A DNA stretch of 64,000 bases from a virus. Position 1 is the first letter of the stretch. The number at the start of each line of letters is the position of its first letter. Positions 19,611 to 30,028 of the stretch are shown in pieces. The position numbers and the translations under genes are program-made. The stretch is taken from IMG/VR virus record IMGVR_UViG_3300021957_000004; one strand, 5' to 3'. The notes below the pieces were generated by a model. The model was not told where the DNA came from, did no database searches, and was given only the letters and a program-made list of their open reading frames with translations.

Positions 19611-21204
19611 AAATAACGAATTCGGGTATCTAGGTAATCCTAATGTAAAACGGGATGGTGTAGTCACAGAATTTAGTAAAGAAGAAATAAGGGAATACAT
19701 GAAGTGTATGAAAGACCCTGCTTATTTTGCTAAAAAATATGTTAAGATTATATCACTCGATGAAGGATTAGTACCTTTTGATTTGTATCCTTATCAAAAA
19801 AAGATGTTTAAACACTTCAATCAGAATAGATTTAGTATAGTGTTAGCATGTAGACAAAGTGGTAAAAGTATATCTAGTGTGGTTTATATCTTATGGTATG
19901 CAGTATTTCACCCAGAGAAAACCATAGCTATACTTGCAAACAAAGGTGCGGTAGCCAGAGAAATGTTATCTCGTATTACATTGGCTTTGGAAAACTTACC
20001 TTTCTTTTTACAGCCAGGAACAAAGGCTTTAAACAAAGGGTCTATAGAGTTCAGTAATAATTCTAAGATACTAGCAGCGGCAACGTCTGGAAGTTCTATA
20101 AGGGGTTTATCCATTAACTTATTGTTCTTAGATGAGTTCGCATTTATTGATGATGATGCTAAATTTTATACATCAACCTATCCGGTGGTATCGGCAGGTA
20201 AAGATACACAGATTATAATTTGTTCTACAGCAAATGGAATAGGTAATGTATATCATAAGCTTTGGGAAGGTGCTTCTCAAGGAACAAATGAATATAAGCC
20301 TTTCAGAATAGATTGGTGGGATGTACCAGGAAGAAATAAAACTTGGCAAAAACAAACTATAGCGAATACATCGGAATTACAGTTTGAACAAGAGTTTGGT
20401 AATACATTCCATGGAAGAGGTAATACACTTATTGATGCTAATTACTTATTAGCTCAACAAAGCGTTGAACCTGAATTTATAAAAGAGAATGCCTGGATAT
20501 ATGAAACTGCATTAGAAGGTCATGAATATATAATGACTGTGGATGTTGCAAAGGGAAGAGGACAAGATTACAGTACGTTTACTGTTATTGATGTTTCAAC
20601 CGAACCGTTTAGACAAGTAGCTACGTTTAGAGATAACAATATATCTCCAATGTTATTACCTGATATAGTTTATAAGTATGCTAAGTCGTATAATGATGCT
20701 TACGTGATTGTAGAAAGTAATGACCAGGGTTCAGTAGTTTGTAATGGATTATATTATGATTTAGAATATGAAAACATGTTTGTAGAATCGTCAGTAAAGG
20801 CAAATGCAATTGGTGCTACGATGACACGAAGGGTAAAAAGAATAGGTTGTTCTACTATAAAAGATTTAATAGAGCAAGGTAAACTACATATCCAGGATGC
20901 TAATACAATTATAGAGATGAGTACATTTGTTTCTGTTGGATCTTCTTTTATGGCTAAAGCACCTAACCATGATGATTTAATGATGAACCTAGTAATGTTT
21001 GCTTGGTTTACTTCAACAGATATATTTAGATCATTAACAGATATTGATATGAAAGATATGTTATACAGAGAAAGATTAGCTGCTATACAAGATGACATGC
21101 TTCCGGTTGGTTTCTTAGGTGAGAAATCTGAAGAGCATAAATATACTAAAGACTCAGACGGTAATCTCTGGTTCGAACAAGACACTAAATTTACGAATTG
21201 GTAA
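19597..21204 (+). CDS. gp17: Terminase large subunit gp17
   Basis: RQSGKS Walker A, LFLDEFAF Walker B, DVAKGRGQDYS nuclease motif, HDDLMM. Confidence 0.96.
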   Translation: MQRIKNNEFGYLGNPNVKRDGVVTEFSKEEIREYMKCMKDPAYFAKKYVKIISLDEGLVPFDLYPYQKKMFKHFNQNRFSIVLACRQSGKSISSVVYILWYAVFHPEKTIAILANKGAVAREMLSRITLALENLPFFLQPGTKALNKGSIEFSNNSKILAAATSGSSIRGLSINLLFLDEFAFIDDDAKFYTSTYPVVSAGKDTQIIICSTANGIGNVYHKLWEGASQGTNEYKPFRIDWWDVPGRNKTWQKQTIANTSELQFEQEFGNTFHGRGNTLIDANYLLAQQSVEPEFIKENAWIYETALEGHEYIMTVDVAKGRGQDYSTFTVIDVSTEPFRQVATFRDNNISPMLLPDIVYKYAKSYNDAYVIVESNDQGSVVCNGLYYDLEYENMFVESSVKANAIGATMTRRVKRIGCSTIKDLIEQGKLHIQDANTIIEMSTFVSVGSSFMAKAPNHDDLMMNLVMFAWFTSTDIFRSLTDIDMKDMLYRERLAAIQDDMLPVGFLGEKSEEHKYTKDSDGNLWFEQDTKFTNW

Positions 21205-21205
21205 T

Positions 21206-22657
21206 ATGAAATTTAAAGAATATATAGATCCTCAACCAATAGAGGAAGCAATAGATACCTCAGACCAGGCTTTAAAAAAGACCTCTGGTTTACATCTTGT
21301 TGTGCTCGGTCTAGGAGACGAAGAAGGTACATTTGCAGATGTAATACAAGAAGTAGCTAAAAACAAAAAAATAAAGTATACTCTAATTAACGTAGAAGAA
21401 GCTTATATAGCAGATGCGGATTTAGATGTTGGAAATCTTACGTTCCATAATTACGACGGCGAGGATAAAAAGATTACCCTTGAGAAAGAAAAGTGTATCG
21501 TATTTGTAAGAGCTGGGGCAATACAAACATTAGTTTCCCAGGCTTTAGTATCTACGCTAGGTGCTTATGGATTCTTTCTTATCAATGATTTAGAATCTAT
21601 GATTTTATGTGATAACAAACTATCAAGCACAATTCTTTTAGATAGGTATGATATTAGTACCCCAAAAACTGCTATGATTAGTAACGTTAAATCTATAGAA
21701 ATAGCACACGAAAAGATCGGCGGTAAATTCCCAGTTATAATTAAAACCCTTACAGGTACACAAGGTGTGGGGGTTTCTAAAGTAAACGATATGGCTTCGT
21801 TAATATCTGTAGCACAATCTCTATGGAAATATGATGCACAGATATTAATACAACAATTCCTAGATATAAAATCAGATATACGTACATTAGTTGTGAATGG
21901 TCATATCATAGGCGCAGCACAAAGAATAAAGCAAGATGATAAAGAATTTAGAAACAATGTACATTTAGGTGCTAAAACTGTACCATATAATCTATCGGAA
22001 GAAGAAAAAGAATTGATTAAGCGTGCAGCACGTGCGTCTGGTACTATGTATTGTGGAGTAGATCACTGCAAAGTTGGAGATCAGTATTACATACTAGAAA
22101 TAAATGGATCACCTGGAATACGTTCTTCGTTCATGGCTTATGATCCAGCAGATGGAAAAAAGATAGGCAAAATGTCCGACAAAGAAGTATTCGAAGTTAT
22201 ATTAGATTACTATTCTTCTGAACTACACCGAAGACCTTTATTTAGAACCGAAGCTGGTTATATAGAAAGAGTTATAGTAGAAGGATTAAATGCACCAGTA
22301 AGAGCTAAGTTTGATACAGGTAATGGCACAAATGCCACAATGTTACATGTAGATAAATTAGAAATAGATGGTGATACAGCTCATTGGGTTAAAAACGGAC
22401 AGAAATTTAAAAATGAAATAATAGATGTATCACTAGCAAAGCATTTACAAACCACAGATAAAAGGCCTGTGGTAGAACTAACAATATCCTTTAATAATAA
22501 ACAATACACGGTTCCTTTCGGATTAACTACAAGAGATTCTGCTTCAGAAATGCTTGTAAATAGGAAGCTATTAAGTATATTTAAGGTATCAGTTAATCCA
22601 AATAGGAAGTTTATTTTATCGGATTGGGTTCCAAAGAACGATCGCAGCGATGTGTAG
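21206..22657 (+). CDS. RimK-like ATP-grasp ligase fused to a C-terminal retropepsin-like (RimK-associated) protease domain
   Basis: PVIIKTLTGTQGVGV, IQQFL, DIRTLVV, FRNNVHLGA, LEINGSPG; C-terminal AKFDTGN...RP.V..MLVNR; start taken at the ATG just after the gp17 stop. Confidence 0.85.
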   Translation: MKFKEYIDPQPIEEAIDTSDQALKKTSGLHLVVLGLGDEEGTFADVIQEVAKNKKIKYTLINVEEAYIADADLDVGNLTFHNYDGEDKKITLEKEKCIVFVRAGAIQTLVSQALVSTLGAYGFFLINDLESMILCDNKLSSTILLDRYDISTPKTAMISNVKSIEIAHEKIGGKFPVIIKTLTGTQGVGVSKVNDMASLISVAQSLWKYDAQILIQQFLDIKSDIRTLVVNGHIIGAAQRIKQDDKEFRNNVHLGAKTVPYNLSEEEKELIKRAARASGTMYCGVDHCKVGDQYYILEINGSPGIRSSFMAYDPADGKKIGKMSDKEVFEVILDYYSSELHRRPLFRTEAGYIERVIVEGLNAPVRAKFDTGNGTNATMLHVDKLEIDGDTAHWVKNGQKFKNEIIDVSLAKHLQTTDKRPVVELTISFNNKQYTVPFGLTTRDSASEMLVNRKLLSIFKVSVNPNRKFILSDWVPKNDRSDV

Positions 22658-22677
22658 TTCCATAGAATCTTATTATG

Positions 22678-22685
22678 TATAAATA
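22678..22685 (+). promoter_or_regulatory. T4-type late promoter TATAAATA
   Basis: Exact consensus upstream of gp18. Confidence 0.8.
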
Positions 22686-22746
22686 AACATATTGAATATA
22701 AACGTATTATGAGACATATTAACTAACTCAAACAGAGGATAAAGCG

Positions 22747-24438
22747 ATGGCATTTCAAGTATCACCAGGCGTTGAGGTCAAAGAGATCGACGCAACTAGC
22801 GTGATTCCCGCTGTTTCTACCAACATTGGTGGATTCGCAGGGTCATTTAACTGGGGTCCGGTTGAAGAAATTAAAACAGTAGGTTCTGAATCAGAACTCG
22901 CTGAACATTTTGGAACACCAGATGACAGTACAGCTAAATATTTTCTTACAGCCGCGGCATTCTTAAAGTATGGCAACGCGCTGAAGGTTGTTAGGGTATT
23001 ATCAGGGCATGACAATGCTACTGGTGATGGTTCCGGACAACTGATTAAGAATAAAGATGATTATGATAATAACTACGCTAACGGATCCCTTTCAAAGGGT
23101 GATTGGGTTGCTAAATATCCAGGCGTTCTAGGAAACAGTCTGAAAGTATCAGTAATATCGCAAGGTATTTCTAGCTTTTCAGGTTGGACATATGCAGGGT
23201 CATTTGACTCAGCACCAGGAACATCGGATTATGCAATTTCAATTGGTAAATCGGGCGCAAACGACGAATTACACGTAGCAGTTATTGATGAAGATGGTTT
23301 ATTAACAGGTACCGCAGGTACTGTGTTAGAAACTTTCGCATACGTTTCCCAAGGTTCAGATGCTAAGAAGAGTGATGGAACTACTAACTATTACAAAGAG
23401 GTTATTAATAATAACTCTAAGTATATTTGGTGGACAGATCACAACACTAACTTAGCTGAAGCAGGCTCACTTATTTCAAGTGTAGCAGGAAACAGTTTTA
23501 CAACACACACAGGCGCAATGGAAGCTTCATTGGCCGGTGGATCAGATGATAACGCACCAACAGCAGGCGAAATTCTATTAGGTTACGACCTATTCGAAGA
23601 CGCTGAAACAGTTGATGTTAACTTATTGTTTGCATGTCCAGATGCTAACGGAGCAGAGACAATAGCAGAAGATCTTATTTCAATTGCAACAGCAAGAAAA
23701 GATTGTATGGCTTTTGTATCTCCACCGATAGAGGACACAGTAGGAAGTTCAGCTCCAGCAACAGACGTAATGGCTTTTGCAAACGGACTAACTTCTTCAT
23801 CATACGCATCTTGCGATAGTTCAGCTCTATACGTATACGACAAATATAACGACGTATATAGATGGATCGGGGCAGCAGGACACGTAGCAGGTTTATGTGC
23901 TAATACAGATCAAGTAGCAGATGCTTGGTTCTCACCAGCTGGTGTTAACCGTGGTCAGTTATTTGGCGTAACTAAACTAGCATACAATCCTAAAAAAGCA
24001 GATAGAGATACATTGTACAAAGGAAGAGTAAACCCAATCGTTTCCTTCCCAGGACAAGGTATGATGTTATTTGGAGATAAAACTCTTCTTAGCAAACCTT
24101 CTGCATTCGATAGGATTAACGTTCGAAGATTGTTCATAGCATTAGAGAAAGCAATTTCTACAGCAGCTAAGGCACAATTATTTGAATTTAACGACGAGTT
24201 CACAAGAGCTAACTTCCGTAATATGGTAGAGCCGTTCTTGAGAGACGTCAAAGGTAGACGTGGGGTTACAGACTTTTCAGTAATATGTGACACTACGAAT
24301 AACACCGGAGCGGTTATTGATGGTAACAGATTCGTGGCAGATATTTTTATCAAGCCAGCAAGATCTATTAACTTCATTACACTAAACTTCATAGCAACAA
24401 GAACAGGCGTCGATTTCTCAGAAATCGCCGGCTCATAA
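22747..24438 (+). CDS. gp18: Tail sheath protein gp18
   Basis: SPGVEVKEID, WFSPAG.NRG, FDRINVRRLF, IKPARSINFITLNF. Confidence 0.96.
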   Translation: MAFQVSPGVEVKEIDATSVIPAVSTNIGGFAGSFNWGPVEEIKTVGSESELAEHFGTPDDSTAKYFLTAAAFLKYGNALKVVRVLSGHDNATGDGSGQLIKNKDDYDNNYANGSLSKGDWVAKYPGVLGNSLKVSVISQGISSFSGWTYAGSFDSAPGTSDYAISIGKSGANDELHVAVIDEDGLLTGTAGTVLETFAYVSQGSDAKKSDGTTNYYKEVINNNSKYIWWTDHNTNLAEAGSLISSVAGNSFTTHTGAMEASLAGGSDDNAPTAGEILLGYDLFEDAETVDVNLLFACPDANGAETIAEDLISIATARKDCMAFVSPPIEDTVGSSAPATDVMAFANGLTSSSYASCDSSALYVYDKYNDVYRWIGAAGHVAGLCANTDQVADAWFSPAGVNRGQLFGVTKLAYNPKKADRDTLYKGRVNPIVSFPGQGMMLFGDKTLLSKPSAFDRINVRRLFIALEKAISTAAKAQLFEFNDEFTRANFRNMVEPFLRDVKGRRGVTDFSVICDTTNNTGAVIDGNRFVADIFIKPARSINFITLNFIATRTGVDFSEIAGS

Positions 24439-24451
24439 GGGAGAATAAATC

Positions 24452-24982
24452 ATGGCAATATTAGGCGTAGACGATTTTAAATCGAAACTAGTAGGCGGTG
24501 GTGCTCGTTCTAACCTATTTAAGGTTACAATGAACTTCCCTGGCTATGCAAATGGTGATGTAGAACTTACATCATTTATGTGTAAAACAGCTCAATTCCC
24601 GTCATCAATAGTAGGACCAGTTATGGTACCATTCAGAGGAAGACAACTTCAGTTAGCTGGAGATAGAACTTTTGAACCTTGGACTATAACAATTATTAAT
24701 GATACTGGTTTTGAAGTGCGAAATGCTTTCGAGCAATGGAGCAACGGTATTAACAGTCATAACGGAAATACTGGTTTAAGTAATCCTACTGATTATCAAG
24801 CAGATGCTATTATTGAGCAACTTGATAAAGAAGGTAATACTACTAAAACTTACGACTTTAGAGGGCTTTGGCCATCTAACATCGGAGCTATTGACGTTTC
24901 CTATGAAAGTGCAGACACAATTCAAGAGTTTACTGTTGAACTGCAAGTACAATATTGGGAATCAACTGGAACCACTACCTAA
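24452..24982 (+). CDS. gp19: Tail tube protein gp19
   Basis: GGARSNLF, FRGRQLQLAGDRTFEPWTIT. Confidence 0.95.
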   Translation: MAILGVDDFKSKLVGGGARSNLFKVTMNFPGYANGDVELTSFMCKTAQFPSSIVGPVMVPFRGRQLQLAGDRTFEPWTITIINDTGFEVRNAFEQWSNGINSHNGNTGLSNPTDYQADAIIEQLDKEGNTTKTYDFRGLWPSNIGAIDVSYESADTIQEFTVELQVQYWESTGTTT

Positions 24983-24990
24983 TTTAGGGT

Positions 24991-24998
24991 TATAAATA
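24991..24998 (+). promoter_or_regulatory. T4-type late promoter TATAAATA
   Basis: Exact consensus upstream of the portal gene. Confidence 0.8.
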
Positions 24999-25050
24999 TA
25001 TAAGACGAGAGGGATTAACCTCCCTCTCTAATTATATAGAGAGATATAGT

Positions 25051-26550
25051 ATGGCAGAATTTTTCGGATTCGAAATAAATAGAAAAGGAAAGGACAAAGA
25101 AGTTCCTAAAGTTTCCTTTGTACCAAATACAGATGAAGACGGCGCAGGTGTTATTACCAGTGGCGGACATTTTGGTGCATATTTAGATATTGATGGCGAC
25201 AAAGCTAAGAACGAAGTTGAGCTTATTATGAAGTATCGAGACGTAGCATCCCAACCAGAGGCTGATGCGGCTATTGAAGATATTATTAATGAATCAATTG
25301 TTGGAGATCATAACGAAGCTCCAGTAGATATCGTTTTGGATAAAGTTGATACATCAGATAAGATTAAGAAATTAATCAAAGGAGAGTTTGATAATATATT
25401 AGAAATGCTTAACTTTAATAGTTATGCTCATGATATATTCAAACGTTGGTATGTTGATGGTAGATTACCATACCACATTATAGTTGACGATAACCTTAAG
25501 CTTGGTATTAAAGAGCTTAGGTATATTGATCCAACTAAACTAAGAAAAGTAAAAGAGATTGAAGAAGAGGAAGATCCTAAAACAGGAGCTAAACTTATTA
25601 AATCTCAGAAAGAATTTTTTATTTTCCAAGATAATGCAATGGGAAAATATAATCAAGGACTTAAAATACAACCAGACGCTATAGCATATGCGACTTCTGG
25701 AATGTTAGATAGTTCTAGGAAAAGAATTTTATCCTATTTACATAAAGCTATTAAGCCGGTAAATCAATTAAGGATGATGGAAGATTCGTTGGTTATATAC
25801 AGAATATCACGTGCCCCAGAACGTAGGATATTTTATATTGATGTTGGTAACTTACCTAAGGGTAAAGCTGAAGAATACCTAAAAGGTATTATGAATCAAT
25901 ATAGAAACAAATTGGTATATGATGCAAAGACTGGTGATATTAAAGACGATAAAAAGCATATGAGTATGCTTGAAGATTTCTTCTTACCACGTAGAGAAGG
26001 TGGAAGAGGAACAGAAATCACCACGCTACCAGGCGGCGAGAATTTAGGTCAAATAGATGATATAGTATATTTCCAAAAGAAATTATATAAATCACTTAAC
26101 GTACCTATGAATCGATTAGAACAAGAAGCTCAATTCTCATTAGGTAGATCTTCCGAGATCACCAGAGATGAGGTTAAGTTTAAGAAGTTTATCGATCGAC
26201 TAAGAAAAAGATTTTCAGACCTTTTTATGCAGTTGTTAAAAACACAATTGTTATTAAAGGGAATTATAACCAAAGATGATTGGGCGGAATGGAAAGAATC
26301 TATAGCGTTTGATTATATAGAGGATAACTACTTCAGTGAATTAAAAGAAGCTGAAATGTACCAACAAAGGTTTGAAATGTTAAGTTCACTAGATGAGTTT
26401 ATGGGTACGTTTATATCTAAAGAGTGGGTTCAGAAGAATATTCTACGCTTTAACGATGATGATATAGAAACTATGCAGAAACAAATCGATGACGAAGAGA
26501 AAGGTGGCGAACTAGATATGCCAGATCCGGATGATCCGAGATTTGGTTAA
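25051..26550 (+). CDS. gp20: Portal protein gp20
   Basis: YLHKAIKPVNQLRMMEDSLVIYRISRAPERRIFYIDVGNLPK. Confidence 0.97.
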   Translation: MAEFFGFEINRKGKDKEVPKVSFVPNTDEDGAGVITSGGHFGAYLDIDGDKAKNEVELIMKYRDVASQPEADAAIEDIINESIVGDHNEAPVDIVLDKVDTSDKIKKLIKGEFDNILEMLNFNSYAHDIFKRWYVDGRLPYHIIVDDNLKLGIKELRYIDPTKLRKVKEIEEEEDPKTGAKLIKSQKEFFIFQDNAMGKYNQGLKIQPDAIAYATSGMLDSSRKRILSYLHKAIKPVNQLRMMEDSLVIYRISRAPERRIFYIDVGNLPKGKAEEYLKGIMNQYRNKLVYDAKTGDIKDDKKHMSMLEDFFLPRREGGRGTEITTLPGGENLGQIDDIVYFQKKLYKSLNVPMNRLEQEAQFSLGRSSEITRDEVKFKKFIDRLRKRFSDLFMQLLKTQLLLKGIITKDDWAEWKESIAFDYIEDNYFSELKEAEMYQQRFEMLSSLDEFMGTFISKEWVQKNILRFNDDDIETMQKQIDDEEKGGELDMPDPDDPRFG

Positions 26551-26568
26551 GTTTAAGACTTTTAAATG

Positions 26569-26576
26569 TATAAATA
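26569..26576 (+). promoter_or_regulatory. T4-type late promoter TATAAATA
   Basis: Exact consensus upstream of the prohead genes. Confidence 0.8.
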
Positions 26577-26594
26577 AATAACACAGGATAAATA

Positions 26595-26765
26595 ATGGAA
26601 ATCGCAGATATTATAAACAAAGTGGGAACAGGCGACAATGTAAATGCTAATAAAGCATTTGATACTGTTATGGCAACAAAGCTAAAAGATGCTTTGGATG
26701 CCAAAAAAATAGAGCTTGCTACTAGTATGGTTGATCGTAAGATCGAACCAGTCGAGCAAGACTAA
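26595..26765 (+). CDS. gp67: Prohead core protein, gp67-like (56 aa, not in ORF track)
   Basis: MEIADIINKV..GDNVNANKAFDTVMATKLKDALDAKKIELA; syntenic between gp20 and gp21. Confidence 0.75.
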   Translation: MEIADIINKVGTGDNVNANKAFDTVMATKLKDALDAKKIELATSMVDRKIEPVEQD

Positions 26766-26780
26766 TTACGGAGAAACTCA

Positions 26781-27437
26781 ATGAAATTAATTTCAGAGTA
26801 TTTAGATAGTAATATAACAAATTACATTACCGAAGATAAAAAAGGTAATAAAAGCCACGTCATAGAAGGCGTGTTTATGCAGGCCGATACGAAAAATCGA
26901 AATGGCCGTGTATATGAAAAAAAGATTCTAGAGTCAGCTGTTAACAAATATGTTAAAGAGCAGGTGACAACTGGTAGGGCTGTTGGTGAGTTAAATCATC
27001 CAGAAGGACCTACTATTAACCTAGATAAAGTTTCACATAAGATTACCGAACTCAAATGGGACGGAAGTAATGTTATTGGAAAGGCATCAATATTGAAAAC
27101 ACCTATGGGTCAGATCGTCGAAGGTCTACTTGAAGGTGGAGTTAAGCTTGGTGTATCAAGTCGTGGTATGGGAAGCCTTGTGCAAAAGAATGGTGCTAGT
27201 TACGTGAATGGTGACTTTATGTTATCAACAGTAGATATCGTTCAAGACCCTTCCGCTCCGGAGGCATTTGTCAACGGAATTATGGAAGGTAAAGAATGGG
27301 TATGGGATAACGGTATATTAGTAGCGCAAGACATTGAATTAATTGAGACTGAAATAAAGACAGCAAAGAATATCAACTCTTCGGATGTTGAGATCAGAGC
27401 CTTTAAGAATTTCCTCTCGAAACTTGTAAATAAATAA
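26781..27437 (+). CDS. gp21: Prohead protease gp21
   Basis: IEGVFMQA..KNRNGRVY, GELNHP, GVSSRGMGS, DIVQDPSAP. Confidence 0.96.
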   Translation: MKLISEYLDSNITNYITEDKKGNKSHVIEGVFMQADTKNRNGRVYEKKILESAVNKYVKEQVTTGRAVGELNHPEGPTINLDKVSHKITELKWDGSNVIGKASILKTPMGQIVEGLLEGGVKLGVSSRGMGSLVQKNGASYVNGDFMLSTVDIVQDPSAPEAFVNGIMEGKEWVWDNGILVAQDIELIETEIKTAKNINSSDVEIRAFKNFLSKLVNK

Positions 27438-27455
27438 TCCGAGGAGGATAACGAC

Positions 27456-28580
27456 ATGTCAGAAGACGTAAAAAACGCCGAAGACGTATCAATTGACGAG
27501 CAAGCTTCTAGCGAAGAGCAACTTAACGATGAAAATCAAGTAATCGAAGATGTTGTTGAGAGCGAGGAAGCTGTTGAAGAAACTGCAGAAGTAGAATTAG
27601 AAGAAGCTAAAGCTAAAAAAGAGGATGATCTTGAAGAAGATGCTCCTAAGGCTATAGCAACTCCTAAAACTAAAGCTGGTGTTATTCAAGCAGCCGTTGA
27701 TATGCTTAAAGGTGTCAAAAAAGAAGACGCACAAAAACTATTTGCGAAAATGGCAGCGATCTCTGATGACAAAGATCTAGACGAAGAAGAAGAAACTGGT
27801 TCACCAGTAGCTTCTAAAAAGAATGAATTAAAAGCTAAAGCGAAAGTAGAAGCTCTTGATTTTGACGAAGATCTAGACACAATCATCAAAGAGGAAGCTA
27901 CGCTTTCAGATGGATTCCGTGAAAAAGCAAGCGCTATTGTAGAGGCAGTACTAACAAGTAAATTAGCCGAATCAGTAGAGCGTTTAGAAGCAGAATACGT
28001 GCAAAACCTAGAAGAAGAGGTTTCTGAAATTCAAAATTCATTAGTAGAGAAAGTAGATTCATACTTAAACTACGTAGTGGAAAATTGGATGAAAGAAAAC
28101 GAAGTTGCAGTAAGTACAGGTCTTAGGACTGAAATTGCTGAAGACTTTATGACTTCTTTACAATCAGTGTTCAAAGAACATTATATTGAAATTCCAGAAG
28201 GCAAAGAAAACTTGTTAGATGAACTATCTGACCAAGTAGCTGAGCTAGAGGAATCTCTAAACAAAACCACAGAAGATAACATCAAACTACACGAAGCTAA
28301 TCAGTCACATGAGAAAGTTTCTATAGTAAGAGAAGCATCTTCAGGGCTTGCGGAAACAGATGCTGAGAAATTTGCTAAGTTAGTGGAAGATGTAGAGTTT
28401 GATAACAAAGAAACTTTCGAACAGAAAGTTGCTACTATCAAGCAATCATTTTTCAAAGGCGAAGTAACTGAATCAGTTGATGAAGTAAACAGCATGGCAG
28501 GCGAAGACTCAGCGGAAGTTGAGCCAGTAAGCGAAGCTATGTCTAGATACACTCAGGCTATAACAAAATTTAATAAATAA
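27456..28580 (+). CDS. gp22: Prohead scaffold gp22
   Basis: Acidic coiled coil; KVDSYLNYVVENWMKEN; position before gp23. Confidence 0.92.
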   Translation: MSEDVKNAEDVSIDEQASSEEQLNDENQVIEDVVESEEAVEETAEVELEEAKAKKEDDLEEDAPKAIATPKTKAGVIQAAVDMLKGVKKEDAQKLFAKMAAISDDKDLDEEEETGSPVASKKNELKAKAKVEALDFDEDLDTIIKEEATLSDGFREKASAIVEAVLTSKLAESVERLEAEYVQNLEEEVSEIQNSLVEKVDSYLNYVVENWMKENEVAVSTGLRTEIAEDFMTSLQSVFKEHYIEIPEGKENLLDELSDQVAELEESLNKTTEDNIKLHEANQSHEKVSIVREASSGLAETDAEKFAKLVEDVEFDNKETFEQKVATIKQSFFKGEVTESVDEVNSMAGEDSAEVEPVSEAMSRYTQAITKFNK

Positions 28581-28600
28581 TCTTAAGGGGAAAAACAAAA

Positions 28601-29941
28601 ATGTTTAACGCAGATTCACAATTAATGGAAAAATGGAGCCCAGTATTAGAACATACAGGCGCGCCAGAAATCCAAGACAGATATAAAAAAGCTGTCACAG
28701 CAAGGCTTCTTGAAAACCAAGAAATTGCATTACGTGAAGAACAAGCCCAGGTACAAGGTAACTTTATTTCAGAAGCAGCAGCAGCTAATAACATTGGCAC
28801 AGGCTCAGCTCCTAACAATATTGGTACTTTCGACCCTGTTCTTATTTCTTTAGTTCGTAGAGCTATGCCTAACCTCATCGCTTATGATATCGCTGGCGTT
28901 CAGCCAATGACTGGTCCAACAGGACTTATCTTCGCAATGAAATCTAAGTACGCAACACAATCAGGAACAGAAGCATTCTTTAATGAAGCTGATACTGATT
29001 TCTCAGGTACTGGTACTCATCAAGCAGATCCAACTGGTCTAGCTGGTGTAGTAGATGCAGACACAGATGGATCTATCGCAGATACAGCTGACGTAGTCTC
29101 AACTTTCGGTTCAGGTATTGCTACCTCAGCTGCGGAAAGACTAGGCGTTGGTGCATCAGGCGACGGTTCATTCGGTGAAATGGCTTTCACAATCGAGAAA
29201 GCTACTGTAACTGCTAAGTCAAGAGCTTTAAAAGCTGAGTACACAATGGAACTAGCACAAGATCTTAAAGCTATCCACGGTTTGGATGCAGAAGGCGAAT
29301 TAGCTAACATCTTATCAGCTGAAATCCTAGCGGAAATCAACAGAGAAGTAGTTAGATCAGTTCTTAAAACTGCTAAAATCGGTGCTTTACAATCTTCAAC
29401 AGCCGTATCCGGTATCTTTGATGTCAACACTGACTCAGACGGTAGATGGATGGTTGAGAGATTCAAAGGTCTTATCATGCAACTAGAAAGAGAAGCAAAC
29501 GTAATTGCTAAAGAAACAAGACGTGGCAAAGGTAACTTTGTACTTTGTTCTTCAGACGTAGCTTCAGCTCTAGCAGCTGCTGGTCTTTTAGACTACACTC
29601 CTGCATTAAGTGCAAACTTAAACGTTGACGATACTGGTAATACATTTGCTGGTGTTTTAAATGGCAGAATGAAAGTTTATATAGATCCATATGCGACTGT
29701 AGACTTTGCATGTGTTGGTTATAGAGGTTCAAATCCATACGACGCAGGACTATTCTATTGTCCATACGTTCCTTTAACTATGGTTAAAGCAGTTGGTGAG
29801 AATGACTTCCAACCAAGAATGGGATTCAAAACAAGGTACGGCATGATTGCTAATCCTTTCGTAGCTATTGACGGAACTATCGGTGCAGATAGATCTAACC
29901 AATACTTCAGAATCTTCAGAGTTGACGACATAATGGTGTAA
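28601..29941 (+). CDS. gp23: Major capsid protein gp23
   Basis: LVRRAMPNLIAYDIAGVQPMTGPTGLIFAM, SRALKAEYT.ELAQDLKAIHGLDAE. Confidence 0.98.
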   Translation: MFNADSQLMEKWSPVLEHTGAPEIQDRYKKAVTARLLENQEIALREEQAQVQGNFISEAAAANNIGTGSAPNNIGTFDPVLISLVRRAMPNLIAYDIAGVQPMTGPTGLIFAMKSKYATQSGTEAFFNEADTDFSGTGTHQADPTGLAGVVDADTDGSIADTADVVSTFGSGIATSAAERLGVGASGDGSFGEMAFTIEKATVTAKSRALKAEYTMELAQDLKAIHGLDAEGELANILSAEILAEINREVVRSVLKTAKIGALQSSTAVSGIFDVNTDSDGRWMVERFKGLIMQLEREANVIAKETRRGKGNFVLCSSDVASALAAAGLLDYTPALSANLNVDDTGNTFAGVLNGRMKVYIDPYATVDFACVGYRGSNPYDAGLFYCPYVPLTMVKAVGENDFQPRMGFKTRYGMIANPFVAIDGTIGADRSNQYFRIFRVDDIMV

Positions 29942-29965
29942 ATCATTAGTTAATTCTAATTCTTT

Positions 29966-29994
29966 AAAAGGGGTGCTTCGGCACCTCTTTTTTT
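29966..29994 (+). terminator. Rho-independent terminator with UUCG loop
   Basis: aaaagggGTGC-TTCG-GCACctc followed by a T run, after gp23. Confidence 0.9.
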
Positions 29995-30015
29995 GTATAC
30001 TAACTTTTTAATTCA

Positions 30016-30023
30016 TATAAATA
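30016..30023 (+). promoter_or_regulatory. Late promoter TATAAATA, 5 nt before ATG 30029
   Basis: Exact consensus. Confidence 0.8.
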
Positions 30024-30028
30024 ATAGT

